Origin: a virus | Lineage: Duplodnaviria > Caudoviricetes | DNA: 34,195 nt | Virus record (IMG/VR): IMGVR_UViG_3300014656_002176 | Span: 1-34,195 of that record | Direction: 5' to 3' (one strand) | Shown: positions 8,470 to 18,597 of the stretch, in pieces | Layout of the letters: each line of letters begins with the position of its first letter | Position numbering within the stretch: position 1 is the first letter of the stretch | Made by a program: the position numbers and the translations under genes | Notes under the pieces: model-generated | The model's database searches: none | What the model saw: the letters and a program-made list of their open reading frames with translations, nothing else | Told to the model about the DNA's origin: nothing

Positions 8470-9693
8470 ATGCCTTATCTAAGAAACCCGAAAGGAAGAA
8501 TTGTTTGCATAGACAAGCCAAATGAATACGAAAAATACCTAAATACAAAAGGATTTGAGAAGATTACGCCAGAAGAAGAAAGAGATTTCGTTATGGAAAG
8601 ATATAAGATAGCAGAGAAGGTAACAACGAGAAGGGAAGAGGTTATTCAAAACAATTTTGTTCGAGGCATTTACTTGTCCACGGTAGTTGAGGGTGGCAAA
8701 GATGGTTATGGAGTAGCCAGCGATAAGATTGTCAAAGAATTGGTCAACCTAGACGTAGACATATCCCGTGTTTTTAAGAAACAACTCGTTGGACTACTAT
8801 TTCATAATCCATATTCCGTACTAAAAATGGAAAACCCATTCAAGGTGATTTATACGATGTTTGAGAGTACTAAAATACCAGACGATTGGGTAAAATACTT
8901 ACAATCTGCCGACAAGGTGATTGTACCCAGTAGATGGTGTAGAGACGTATTCAAAAATTCTGGTGTTAATGCCGATGTTATTCCATTGGGCTACGACGAT
9001 GATGTATATACTTTTAAAGAGAGAGAGAACAAAAGCGAAAAGCATGAACCATTTGTTTTTTTGCACTATAACGCATTTAATGTTCGAAAGGGTTTTTTAG
9101 AGGTATTTAAGGCATTTACCCAAGAATTTGATAAATCAGAACCAGTCAAGTTGGTTTTAAAGACGACACTGAATAGTCCGCCAATTCCTATCATTAAAGA
9201 CAAGTACCCTAATATAGAAGTTATTTGCAAAAAATATAGCGAGAAAGAGTTAGTTGAACTGATTCATAAGTCTGATTGTTTCGTCTTTCCTTCAAGGGGT
9301 GAGGGATTTGGCATGACTCCGCTAGAGTGTATGGCAACTGGATTACCTGCGATTGTACCCAATGCACACGGGATAAGTGAATATTTTGATAAAGAATGTA
9401 TGTATGAAGTAAAAGTTAAAGAAGACTGCCCCGCCCTATATCATAAATATAAGGGTGAAGATGTTGGAAAGATGGTGATTTGTGATGTGAAAGATCTGAG
9501 GAAGAAAATGCGTTATATATACGAACATCAAGATGAAGCTTTAGAGATGGGCAAAAGAGCTAGTCGGTATGTGAGACAGTGGACTTTTAGAAAAACGGCT
9601 ATTAAGCTTAAACAGATGGTTGAGGAACTCTATTCTAAGCCTATTGAAAAAAAAGCTCTAACAAATGTATTACAATTAAGTGAGGTTAAATAG
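8470..9693 (+). CDS. Glycosyltransferase, GT-B fold (GT4-like), with an N-terminal extension
   Basis: YTMFES, VIVPSRW, RKG, FVFPSRGEGFGMTPLECMATGLPAI (ExxxxxxxE motif). Confidence 0.9.
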   Translation: MPYLRNPKGRIVCIDKPNEYEKYLNTKGFEKITPEEERDFVMERYKIAEKVTTRREEVIQNNFVRGIYLSTVVEGGKDGYGVASDKIVKELVNLDVDISRVFKKQLVGLLFHNPYSVLKMENPFKVIYTMFESTKIPDDWVKYLQSADKVIVPSRWCRDVFKNSGVNADVIPLGYDDDVYTFKERENKSEKHEPFVFLHYNAFNVRKGFLEVFKAFTQEFDKSEPVKLVLKTTLNSPPIPIIKDKYPNIEVICKKYSEKELVELIHKSDCFVFPSRGEGFGMTPLECMATGLPAIVPNAHGISEYFDKECMYEVKVKEDCPALYHKYKGEDVGKMVICDVKDLRKKMRYIYEHQDEALEMGKRASRYVRQWTFRKTAIKLKQMVEELYSKPIEKKALTNVLQLSEVK

Positions 9694-9704
9694 TTTATAC
9701 AAAT

Positions 9705-9881
9705 ATGAAAAAAGTAAAAAAAACAAACGATCAGCCGAAAATGAAATATAGATATGTGTGTCCCGCTTGCACCAATAATGCAATCTTCACCAGCAGTAAA
9801 ATGATTGGTAACAAAGTTACCTGCCAGTCATGTGGAAAAGAAATTATATTAGAAAACATGAACAACTATATAAAAATATAA
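9705..9881 (+). CDS. Small zinc-ribbon protein (58 aa), absent from the ORF track
   Basis: MKKVKKTNDQPKMKYRYVCPACTNNAIFTSSKMIGNKVTCQSCGKEIILENMNNYIKI*; CxxC-x17-CxxC; fills the gap between two GT genes. Confidence 0.7.
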   Translation: MKKVKKTNDQPKMKYRYVCPACTNNAIFTSSKMIGNKVTCQSCGKEIILENMNNYIKI

Positions 9882-9882
9882 A

Positions 9883-11007
9883 ATGAACATCAAATATTGT
9901 GGTGCACTAAGAGACTATTCGGGATACGGAGAAGCTGGTCGCCATGATGTCGGCGCTCTGTTGAGTGCTGGGGTTGAAGTGAAAACCGAAATGCCAAGCT
10001 ATGTATTGGAGGTGTCAGATTTTGGTGAATTGGGTGAGGAATGTCGTAAGCGACAAGACCTATCTATATCTTATGGTATAAAAATACTTCACACTACTCC
10101 CAACGTATATTCTAAATACTACGAAGAAGGCAAATACCACATCGGAAGAGTTATCTGGGAGACAGATAAACTCCCCAAAGATTTCGCTGATAATGTTCAG
10201 AAGTATTGTGATGAGATATGGACTGCCAGCGAATTTAATAAAAAAGCAATAGAGAAGGCTGGGGTAACAAAACCGATCTATGTTATACCAGAGGCCATTG
10301 ATTGTAGGATTAATTCAGATGAAATAGAACCTTATTTAGTTTCGAATAATCAAGACTTCAAATTCTATTCTATGTTTGAATGGACTGAGAGAAAGAACCC
10401 GTCGGCGCTACTAGAGGCTTTTTGGACTGAATTTGACCCAGCAGAGCCCGTCAGCTTAACGATTAAGACTTATGTAGATAGTTTTAGGCCAGAGAAACAA
10501 AGAGAGATCGACGATTACGTTAAAGCAATAAAGAGAAAACTTAATTTGAGTAAATACGCCCCCTTATATCTTTATAAGGAGTTAATGGACAGACACCAGA
10601 TATATCGCTTCCACAAGACATTTGATGTTTATGTTAGCACACATCGAGGTGAGGGGTGGGGAATACCGCAGACTGAGGCCATGCTAATGGGTAAACCAAT
10701 AATCTCAACGAATTGTGGTGGTTGCCATGAATATCTAACTCAAAACGTAGATTCACTGTTACTTGAGCCAAAGATGATCCCAGTAAGAGCAAATTCAAGA
10801 AATCAAATCTGGTACACACAAGACCAGAACTGGGCGGATGTTGATATTGACGAAGTTAAAAAGAAGATGAGGTATATGTTTGAGTCTAGGGAAATAGTGA
10901 GCCAGATGGGTAAGGAAGCAAAGAAAACTGTCAAGAGAGAATTTGACTTACCAGTAGTTGGTGACATAATGAAAAGTAGATTAGAAATTATTCAAAAACA
11001 ATTATGA
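9883..11007 (+). CDS. Glycosyltransferase, GT-B fold (GT4-like)
   Basis: SGYGEA, WETDKLP, ERKNP, YVSTHRGEGWGIPQTEAMLMGKPII. Confidence 0.9.
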   Translation: MNIKYCGALRDYSGYGEAGRHDVGALLSAGVEVKTEMPSYVLEVSDFGELGEECRKRQDLSISYGIKILHTTPNVYSKYYEEGKYHIGRVIWETDKLPKDFADNVQKYCDEIWTASEFNKKAIEKAGVTKPIYVIPEAIDCRINSDEIEPYLVSNNQDFKFYSMFEWTERKNPSALLEAFWTEFDPAEPVSLTIKTYVDSFRPEKQREIDDYVKAIKRKLNLSKYAPLYLYKELMDRHQIYRFHKTFDVYVSTHRGEGWGIPQTEAMLMGKPIISTNCGGCHEYLTQNVDSLLLEPKMIPVRANSRNQIWYTQDQNWADVDIDEVKKKMRYMFESREIVSQMGKEAKKTVKREFDLPVVGDIMKSRLEIIQKQL

Positions 11008-11153
11008 GAAAAATGGAAACGATTATGTACATTTGTTTAATTCTTGTATTGGCCTATTACGTTCACATAGCCAATAAGCCAAAAGTACTTGTCTGTCAAA
11101 ATCGAAGTGACGATGTTCAAGTATGTACCGTTATGAATTATTTAGGAAAGTGA
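11004..11153 (+). CDS. Small membrane-anchored protein (49 aa), absent from the ORF track
   Basis: MRKMETIMYICLILVLAYYVHIANKPKVLVCQNRSDDVQVCTVMNYLGK*; ATGA overlap upstream, GTGA overlap downstream. Confidence 0.6.
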   Translation: MRKMETIMYICLILVLAYYVHIANKPKVLVCQNRSDDVQVCTVMNYLGK

Positions 11154-12160
11154 AACTACACTATATTTCCTGCCATTCTATTCTTGAATATGACGAAGTT
11201 AAGTTGTTTACCGAAATGGGAATTGATGTCTTTTCGAACGGGGCTTATATTGACCCGAAGGGACATATAACTCTACCCCGTCCCGCAATAGAGGGAATGG
11301 TTTACCACGAAGATTTAGCCCAAATTGCACGAAGTACCCCACGGACAGAACTTCCCCCAGAACTAATAGAACCTTTTGATGTGATAATGATTATGCATAG
11401 CCCCGATGTTTTATTTCAGAATTGGCAAAGAATTAAACACAAAAGAGTTATCTTTAGGTCAATAGGACAGTCTACTGGTGGACTAGAGAAGAGATTAAAG
11501 CCATTGATTGACGAGGGTTTGGAAGTGGTTAGATATTCCCCAATGGAAAAGAATTTGCCTAATTATGCTGGTGAGACGGCTATGATTAGATTTTATAAAG
11601 ACCCAGACGAATTTAAAGATTGGAATGGTGATGACCCCTTAGTCATTAACTTCACCCAAAGCTTGAAAGGTAGGCGTGATTTCTGCCACCACGATGAAAT
11701 TATTAAGATGATGGAAGGTTTTAACTCAAAAGTATATGGTAATGGAAATGATGATCTTGGATCTTTGAATGGTGGAGAATTGCCTTATGAGTTAATGAAG
11801 GGAAAGATGAGGGACGCCAGAGCATACGCCTATGGTGGAACTTACCCCGCTTGCTACACGCTATCATTTATTGAAGCCATGATGACTGGTATTCCCATTT
11901 TAGCAATCGGAAAAAAGACTGCTAATATTGAGAAGTTTGAACAGCTAGACTTCTATGAGGTAGATCAGATTATCGAGGATGGTGTAAACGGTTTTTGTAG
12001 CGATGAAATTGACAAATTAAAGGACTACATTTCAATCTTATTAAGCAACAAGGATTATGCCCAAAAAATAGGTAAAAAGGGAAGAGAAACGGCAATTAAG
12101 TTGTTTAGTAAGGAAACTATTAAGAATCAATGGTTAAAATATTTAAACTTAGACAAATGA
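11150..12160 (+). CDS. Glycosyltransferase, GT-B fold (divergent GT4-like); start moved to GTG 11150
   Basis: YTLSFIEAMMTGIPIL, IEDGVNGF, GRETAIKLFS...W C-terminus; GTGA coupling with the upstream ORF. Confidence 0.8.
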   Translation: MKLHYISCHSILEYDEVKLFTEMGIDVFSNGAYIDPKGHITLPRPAIEGMVYHEDLAQIARSTPRTELPPELIEPFDVIMIMHSPDVLFQNWQRIKHKRVIFRSIGQSTGGLEKRLKPLIDEGLEVVRYSPMEKNLPNYAGETAMIRFYKDPDEFKDWNGDDPLVINFTQSLKGRRDFCHHDEIIKMMEGFNSKVYGNGNDDLGSLNGGELPYELMKGKMRDARAYAYGGTYPACYTLSFIEAMMTGIPILAIGKKTANIEKFEQLDFYEVDQIIEDGVNGFCSDEIDKLKDYISILLSNKDYAQKIGKKGRETAIKLFSKETIKNQWLKYLNLDK

Positions 12161-12885
12161 CAATCACAAAAGAATTGCAAGAAAAAGATACCAGCTTAGT
12201 TGTCCACAATGAGGGAGAGTGGAATAAAACCACTTCTGAATACACAGCGTTTAACGACGCTGGTATTGAATGTGAGGTCGGAGAGTTTTTATACGGATTT
12301 TTGAGAGTTTTAAAACCAGAATTTGTACTAGAAACAGGGACTCATGTTGCCGTTGGTGCTTCCTATCTAGGGATGGCTTTGAAGGATAATAATAAAGGGC
12401 ACTTGGATACAGTTGAGTTTTTGCCAGTTATTTATGTAGAAGCTAAACGTAGAATTGAAAAGATGGGTCTTCAAGATTTTGTTGAATGCCATTTTGGTGA
12501 TGTAAAAGATTTTAAAATCCCAGAAGATTGGAGAGGTTCTAATGCCACCATCCAAGAAACCATCGGTGGGGATCAGCCAACAATTAAGTATGATTTTATA
12601 TTATTAGACACTGAACCCCAGACAAGATTTGCAGAATTTATCAAGTTTTTCCCACACCTAAAGGAAGGTGGTTACATATTTATCCACGACTTACACCGAC
12701 ACATGCACCAAATTCCTAACGAGGAACACGGCTTTGCTTGGCCATTCGGAAAAATACCTGCTCCAATCAGTCAGCTGGTTCTCGACGGCTCGGTTTGCGT
12801 GTTCCACTTGCCAACCCCAAGAGGTCTAACTGGCTTTTACAAGGTCAGCGAATCCGATTATAATTTTAATAAATATGAGAAGTAG
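12157..12885 (+). CDS. Class I SAM-dependent methyltransferase (Methyltransf_24-like); start moved to 12157
   Basis: VLETGTHVAVGASY, YDFILLD, LKEGGYIFIHD; ATGA coupling. Confidence 0.85.
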   Translation: MTITKELQEKDTSLVVHNEGEWNKTTSEYTAFNDAGIECEVGEFLYGFLRVLKPEFVLETGTHVAVGASYLGMALKDNNKGHLDTVEFLPVIYVEAKRRIEKMGLQDFVECHFGDVKDFKIPEDWRGSNATIQETIGGDQPTIKYDFILLDTEPQTRFAEFIKFFPHLKEGGYIFIHDLHRHMHQIPNEEHGFAWPFGKIPAPISQLVLDGSVCVFHLPTPRGLTGFYKVSESDYNFNKYEK

Positions 12886-13894
12886 AGCAGTTTTATTACC
12901 AACCCCGTGCGACCCGTTCCTATTAAAATATTGGCTTGAGAACTATGCCAAATACTATAAGGATGAAGTCGACAAATTATATGTTTGTTTAAATTCGAGC
13001 ATAGAGAAAGAGGTCATAGAGTACGAACAAAAACTCCTCGAAAGATACGGGGCTAGTTTTGTATATATAGACCACCAAATAGAACATGGTGACGCCATCA
13101 AAATCTTATTGGAAATGTGCAAGGAAGAATATGTAATGCTGGTCGAAGATGACGCTTATGTCTTCAAGAAAGGCCATATTGATTCTTGTTTTAAACACGT
13201 TGAGGACGGAGAGGTGGATTGTGTTGGCTCGAAGAGGGGCAGTTGTGCTTTTGAAATACTAGAAGAAGCCAAAAGAAAGTGGGGAGTTGATTATGAGGGT
13301 TTGGGGGATCATGGATGTAATTTTTGGCCATGTTTCTTTTTCTGTAAGACACAGACATTGTTAGACACTGATAGGCACTTTAAGGCCAAGGCTTGGGAGA
13401 AGGGTGAAGTTGTAGAACCATTGAATTATGTGATGAAAGAAACTGGATATGGAGACACTTTTGTAAACACTAGCCTCATATTAAGGTCTAAAGGATTAAA
13501 GTTCTTATGCCTACAACAATATCATGGTAGCCCCGAAGACTTGGTTCACTGGGAAAAACGACAGTATCTATGGAATGGTTTATCGGCTTGGACTCATGTA
13601 GGAAGTTTGAGTAGTGGTGTTGGTGGAGTTTTGGTTGATGATAGGGGAATAAGTCTTTCAAATAGAAAGATTTGTGTTGAACCAAGAGAGTTTAAGTTGG
13701 CCGAGGCACACATAGATGAGTGGGCAAGAAGAATACAGTGGTGGCAAACATTTTACGATAATTCAGATCCGAACGAGATATGTGAATTTAGGGAAGAATA
13801 CCGAAAAGCTTTAGATAGAATCTATGCTCTTAGCGGAGTTCACAGAAAAACGGTGTTAAAAAGACAAAAAGCATATAAGGAGTTAGGACTATGA
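12875..13894 (+). CDS. Putative glycosyltransferase, GT-A fold
   Basis: HGDAI...EYVMLVEDDAYV (DxD-type); cassette context. Confidence 0.7.
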   Translation: MRSRAVLLPTPCDPFLLKYWLENYAKYYKDEVDKLYVCLNSSIEKEVIEYEQKLLERYGASFVYIDHQIEHGDAIKILLEMCKEEYVMLVEDDAYVFKKGHIDSCFKHVEDGEVDCVGSKRGSCAFEILEEAKRKWGVDYEGLGDHGCNFWPCFFFCKTQTLLDTDRHFKAKAWEKGEVVEPLNYVMKETGYGDTFVNTSLILRSKGLKFLCLQQYHGSPEDLVHWEKRQYLWNGLSAWTHVGSLSSGVGGVLVDDRGISLSNRKICVEPREFKLAEAHIDEWARRIQWWQTFYDNSDPNEICEFREEYRKALDRIYALSGVHRKTVLKRQKAYKELGL

Positions 13895-14586
13895 TCGTAC
13901 CAGATATTGTAATTAGTTGGCCAAGAAATTGCGATTATCCAATGTGGCGAAAATTTATAAGGGAAAACAGAAATAGGTTTAAAGATGTCATTATTGTCAT
14001 CACCGAGACAAATCAAGGGTATGACTACAGTGATTTTATAAAAGAGGAAATGGGAGGTTATTGCACGGTAGTTAAGTCCCCACCTGTTCTTTCAGGACAA
14101 GATTGGAGAAATATATCAACAAACTTTGGGCTAACTTTGTGTAGTTCTGAATGGGTGTGGTTTACAGAACAAGATTTTTACCCCAATGAAGAGTTTTGGG
14201 AATATATCAGCCAAATTACAATGGACTTAAATAACGTAAACGTAATTGGCGCATATCAAGGGGATAGGCTTCACCCTTGTTGTATTTTTGCTAAAAGAGC
14301 TGTCGTAGACAAAACAAGGAGAGACTTTAGCATTACCCCAGGCGTTGCAGATCATTTTTATAAGTTTCAGCAAGACATAAAGAACATTTCGGTGATTAGA
14401 ATTAGCGCTGGACTATACGAACACTTAAATGGGCTTAGCAGTAATTTTAGTCTAATTGCAAATGGCGGAGTTCCAAACTATGAAGTAGATAGGTTTGATA
14501 AATACATTGCCGACTCTCTAAACAGCAAGGAAACACTACATCCTAACTTTATAAAAGTATGCCAAGAATACTTAGATAGAAAATGA
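13891..14586 (+). CDS. Putative glycosyltransferase, GT-A fold
   Basis: WRNISTNFGL...SEWVWFTEQDFY (ExD variant); cassette context. Confidence 0.65.
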   Translation: MIVPDIVISWPRNCDYPMWRKFIRENRNRFKDVIIVITETNQGYDYSDFIKEEMGGYCTVVKSPPVLSGQDWRNISTNFGLTLCSSEWVWFTEQDFYPNEEFWEYISQITMDLNNVNVIGAYQGDRLHPCCIFAKRAVVDKTRRDFSITPGVADHFYKFQQDIKNISVIRISAGLYEHLNGLSSNFSLIANGGVPNYEVDRFDKYIADSLNSKETLHPNFIKVCQEYLDRK

Positions 14587-15620
14587 ACGTGCTATGTGAT
14601 TTCCATCATGCAGGACTTCTTAATTCATTAATTCTATTATTTGAGAGGAGGTTGGGGTGGAAAGTTTATCGACCCATCGGCAGACAGTGGTTTGATGAAG
14701 GATATTGGAAGGTTTACGATCACCCAGCCACGGTAGCACAGTTTTTGGATGTTAATGGGGCTACCCCAGACAACACCGACCCCGTGAATGATGTTATTAC
14801 TGGTGAAAGCGGAGTTTACATTTGCCACGACATATCCTCTTTAAAGACAAATAGGGCAATTACCTTAGACAAATTTAGGGAGATGAACTTCGGGATCATA
14901 ATTGCCTCAATTCCAAAACATGTTGAACCGTTTAAAAAGTTATGCAAAGAACACTGGTCAAGACCTAAACTTATTTTCCAAATTGGCAATCAGTGGGTCG
15001 GGGAGGCCGAAAAAGCTGACAATATCATGTGCTCTTCTCGCATAGCCATAGCGAACAAGAATAGTGTGGTATATCATCAAGAATTTGACACAAACGTCTT
15101 TTCTAGGGCTTCTAGTGAGGTGTTCGAACCTAACATCACTTCGCTAGTTAATTGCTTCTCTAATGACGGAATGTTTAAAGAGGATTGGGAGCTATTCCAA
15201 AAGGTTGAAAAACTAATGCCAGAGTGGAATTTTAAGTGCATGGGCGGTCAGTGTCGTGATGGACAGGCGCATGGTGAGGCGGAAGTCGCCAAAACAATTG
15301 CAAAGGCTGGCTTTATTTGGCATACGAAAAAGGGCGGTGATGGTTACGGTCACATAATTCACAATGCTAGTGCTTGTGGTAGGCCAATGATTGTTAAAAA
15401 GGAGTATTATTCTGGTAAGTTGGGAGAAGACTTAATGATAGACGGAAAAACGTGTGTTTGTATTGACGGTTTAAACCCCTTGGAGATAAAGAATAAGATT
15501 GAATATTACTCTCGGCAATGGAAAGAACTATGTAACAACTCATATTATAATTTTAAAAATAAGGTTGACTTTGATAAGGAAGAGAAGATCATTAGACATT
15601 TTTTGTCAAAGTTGATATAA
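14583..15620 (+). CDS. Putative glycosyltransferase, GT-B fold (divergent)
   Basis: EFDTNVF, WHTKKGGDGYGHIIHNASACGRPMIV, DGKTC; resembles the GT4 donor-binding region. Confidence 0.7.
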   Translation: MNVLCDFHHAGLLNSLILLFERRLGWKVYRPIGRQWFDEGYWKVYDHPATVAQFLDVNGATPDNTDPVNDVITGESGVYICHDISSLKTNRAITLDKFREMNFGIIIASIPKHVEPFKKLCKEHWSRPKLIFQIGNQWVGEAEKADNIMCSSRIAIANKNSVVYHQEFDTNVFSRASSEVFEPNITSLVNCFSNDGMFKEDWELFQKVEKLMPEWNFKCMGGQCRDGQAHGEAEVAKTIAKAGFIWHTKKGGDGYGHIIHNASACGRPMIVKKEYYSGKLGEDLMIDGKTCVCIDGLNPLEIKNKIEYYSRQWKELCNNSYYNFKNKVDFDKEEKIIRHFLSKLI

Positions 15621-15626
15621 CAGACT

Positions 15627-16490
15627 ATGGATAAAGTAAGCATTGTTATTCCATCGAGAAACGAGATCTTTTTAAAAAATACGATTGAGGACATTTTAAA
15701 AAATGCGACAGGTGAAATAGAGGTATTCCCAATTTTAGACGGTTACGAGCCACCAGCCGAGGAGATTGTCAAAGATCCAAGAGTAAATTATATCCGACTT
15801 CCAAAAGTCACATACACCCAGAAAAGACACGGAATAAATCATGCAATTTCAATTTGTACTGGTAAATATGTTATGTCTGTTGACGCACATTGCATGTTCG
15901 CTAAAGGGTTTGATGAACAGCTGGTTAAGGACAGTCAACCAAATTGGGTGCAAATACCAAGAAGACATAGGCTGGACGCAGAGAATTGGTGCTTACAAAC
16001 CCAGAGCGATAATCGACCACCAATAGATTACGAATATATTATGTACAAACCTCTTTTTACTGATCTTGGTATTCACGGTTTTAAGTGGGATGAGAGGACG
16101 CTAGAGAGGTGGGATATCCCCATCGACGACACTATCACGTTTCAGGGTTCGTGTTGGTTTATGGAAAAAGATTGGTTTAACAAGATGGGTTTTATGCAAG
16201 TTGAGGGATATACTGGCTGGGGTCAAGAAGCGGAGGAAATTTCTTTTACTACATGGTTGAACGGCGGAAGGGTGGTAACAAACAAGAACACTTGGTATGC
16301 CCATCTCCACAAAGGTCAAAAGTATGGAAGGATGTACTGGATGAGCCGTAACGAAAACAGAAAATCTTATGCTTATTCTTATAGCAAATGGATGGTCGAA
16401 AACAAGGACTTTTTTATTAGTTTAATTGAGCAATTCCCTTTAATGCCGTCGTGGCCATCAAATTGGAAAGAAAAATTATGGAAACTTTAG
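15627..16490 (+). CDS. GT-A glycosyltransferase with polypeptide GalNAc-transferase (GT27)-like motifs
   Basis: VSIVIPSRNE.FL..TI..IL, SVDAHC (DxH), WGQEAEEISFTTWLNGGRV, YAHL. Confidence 0.85.
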   Translation: MDKVSIVIPSRNEIFLKNTIEDILKNATGEIEVFPILDGYEPPAEEIVKDPRVNYIRLPKVTYTQKRHGINHAISICTGKYVMSVDAHCMFAKGFDEQLVKDSQPNWVQIPRRHRLDAENWCLQTQSDNRPPIDYEYIMYKPLFTDLGIHGFKWDERTLERWDIPIDDTITFQGSCWFMEKDWFNKMGFMQVEGYTGWGQEAEEISFTTWLNGGRVVTNKNTWYAHLHKGQKYGRMYWMSRNENRKSYAYSYSKWMVENKDFFISLIEQFPLMPSWPSNWKEKLWKL

Positions 16491-17092
16491 ATTATATCGT
16501 CAAAAAATTTAACATTGACCTAAATCAACCATCCCCGATAATGTTGGCAATAGGGAGATTTAAGGACATACCAAAACTTTTGTGTGAACTAGGCTTCAAC
16601 AAAGGGGCTGAAATTGGTGTTTATAGGGCTTCGTATTCGAGACATCTTTTAGACAGAAACCCAAACTTGCAACTAATAGGTGTAGACGCTTGGGAGGTGT
16701 ACACAGGATACAAGGATTACCACAGGGAAGATATAAAAGACGCTCATAGAGAATCCATCGAGGTGTATAAAAAATATGGTGATAGGGCTACTTTAATTCA
16801 AGGGTGGAGTAATTGGGTGGTCAAGACTATTCCCGATGAGTCGTTAGATTTTGTGTTTATAGACGGAAACCACGCCTATGAATACGTCGTTGAAGATATC
16901 GCCTTGTGGTCAAAAAAGGTAAAAAAGGGCGGAATTATATATGGACACGACTTTGATGATTACTCAAATAGTAGACGTTGGAAGGACATGAATGTTATTA
17001 ATGCCGTCGATGGGTGGATGAAATCTTATAAAATTAAACCTTGGTTTGTAACAACCAATAATTCCAACAAGTGTTGGCTATATGTAAAATGA
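16478..17092 (+). CDS. Class I SAM-dependent methyltransferase (Methyltransf_24-like); start moved to ATG 16478
   Basis: GAEIGVYRA, GVDAW, LDFVFIDGNHAYEYV..D...W..KVKKGGIIYGHDF. Confidence 0.9.
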   Translation: METLDYIVKKFNIDLNQPSPIMLAIGRFKDIPKLLCELGFNKGAEIGVYRASYSRHLLDRNPNLQLIGVDAWEVYTGYKDYHREDIKDAHRESIEVYKKYGDRATLIQGWSNWVVKTIPDESLDFVFIDGNHAYEYVVEDIALWSKKVKKGGIIYGHDFDDYSNSRRWKDMNVINAVDGWMKSYKIKPWFVTTNNSNKCWLYVK

Positions 17093-17820
17093 AACTATCA
17101 ATAATAATAGCAGTCTATAACAGTCACGGTGTCATAGAGAGGCAAATGAAGTTTTTCTCCAAACTCCAACTTCCCGACGATATAGAATTTATACTAGTAG
17201 ACGATGGCAGTTCTCCCCGACATGAGGGCTATAGCTTAAAAAACTTGAAGATTATCTATACAAATGATAAACGCCCTTGGACTCAGGGGTTGGCGAGAAA
17301 CAGGGGGGTAAAGGAATCGTCTGGTGAGTATATTTTAATGACTGACGCCGATCACATATTGTCTTACGAGGCAATAATGGACTCATATAATTTTACTGGT
17401 GATAAAATGATTTTCCCTAGATTTTTGGCAGTTTTGGATGAAGATGGGTGCTTGACTCAGGAAAAACAAGTTTTGAAAGATTACGGGATAGATGAATCAC
17501 GTTTTACTTCCAAGAGGGGTTTATATGCTTCATATCACGGGAATACTTTTTGTATGAAGAAATCTACATTTGAAAATCTCGGCGGATACCCAGAGAAGGC
17601 TTGTACTTACGGACATCATGCCACTTCAAAGAAAGGCGAGGACTCATATTTTAATACGAGGTGGAATCATTATGCCGTCAAGTACGGTCTTAAACCAATC
17701 GTAGGTTCTAAAATTTATATATTTCCAATAGGTAGATATAACGTGAATTATGATCTAAACCCAAAAGGTTTGTTTCATTCTTTAAGTTATGAGCCTGTTG
17801 CACAACCAAACAAACTATGA
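17089..17820 (+). CDS. Glycosyltransferase family 2; start moved to 17089
   Basis: MKLSIIIAVYN, ILVDDGS, ARNRG, MTDADH, LGGY.E, GED. Confidence 0.9.
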   Translation: MKLSIIIAVYNSHGVIERQMKFFSKLQLPDDIEFILVDDGSSPRHEGYSLKNLKIIYTNDKRPWTQGLARNRGVKESSGEYILMTDADHILSYEAIMDSYNFTGDKMIFPRFLAVLDEDGCLTQEKQVLKDYGIDESRFTSKRGLYASYHGNTFCMKKSTFENLGGYPEKACTYGHHATSKKGEDSYFNTRWNHYAVKYGLKPIVGSKIYIFPIGRYNVNYDLNPKGLFHSLSYEPVAQPNKL

Positions 17821-18581
17821 AAAAAATAGCGATAATCGGTTTCGGGTGGGTAGGCAAATCAATGGGGAAGTTGTTCCCAGAGGCCACAATTTACGATCCG
17901 ATGTTAAAAAATAATGTTACAAAGGAAGACGTAAATAATTGTGACGTGGCTTTTATAGGAGTTCCAACCCCTTGTATAGAAGAAGGTAGGCTGGACACTT
18001 CAATTGTTGAAGAATGTGTTGAGTGGTGTAAGTGTCCTCTTATTGTAATAAGATCAACAGTAAACCCAAACGACACCCTAAATTGGTCGGTAAAATATAA
18101 CAAAAAAATAGTCTTTCAGCCAGAGTATCTAGGTGAGACACCGCAACATCCATTATTAGATCCAAAGGCTAGGCCATTTTTAATTATCGGCGGACAACCA
18201 GAAGCAAGGAGGGATTTAATTGACCTATACACCGAGGTTTATAATGCAAACGTAACTATTCGCCAAGTATCTTCATTGGAGGCGGAGATAATCAAACTAA
18301 GCGAAAATAGAGCTATTGCCTTCAAGGTTGCCCAGTGTCAGGAATTATATGATGTTTGCGAAATTTCGGGAGTCGACTACTACCAAATTCGAGACGCAGT
18401 TTACGGAGATGATCCAAGATTTAATTTATGGTTTACTTTTATATACCCAGAAAAAAGAGGCATGAGCTCTAAATGTATTCCAAAGGATGTTTATGCTTGG
18501 TGTGCTTTTGCTGAATCCCTCGGTTATAATCCACAAATTACACGGGGAATCCTTAAAAAGAACAAGGAGTGGGTTGGTTAG
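17817..18581 (+). CDS. UDP-glucose/GDP-mannose dehydrogenase family protein, short form
   Basis: IIGFGWVG, FIGVPTP, IRSTV, PEYLGE, AEIIKLSEN, KCIPKD with the catalytic Cys; 254 aa, no C-terminal domain. Confidence 0.85.
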   Translation: MKKIAIIGFGWVGKSMGKLFPEATIYDPMLKNNVTKEDVNNCDVAFIGVPTPCIEEGRLDTSIVEECVEWCKCPLIVIRSTVNPNDTLNWSVKYNKKIVFQPEYLGETPQHPLLDPKARPFLIIGGQPEARRDLIDLYTEVYNANVTIRQVSSLEAEIIKLSENRAIAFKVAQCQELYDVCEISGVDYYQIRDAVYGDDPRFNLWFTFIYPEKRGMSSKCIPKDVYAWCAFAESLGYNPQITRGILKKNKEWVG

Positions 18582-18597
18582 GCTGTTATACTAAATT

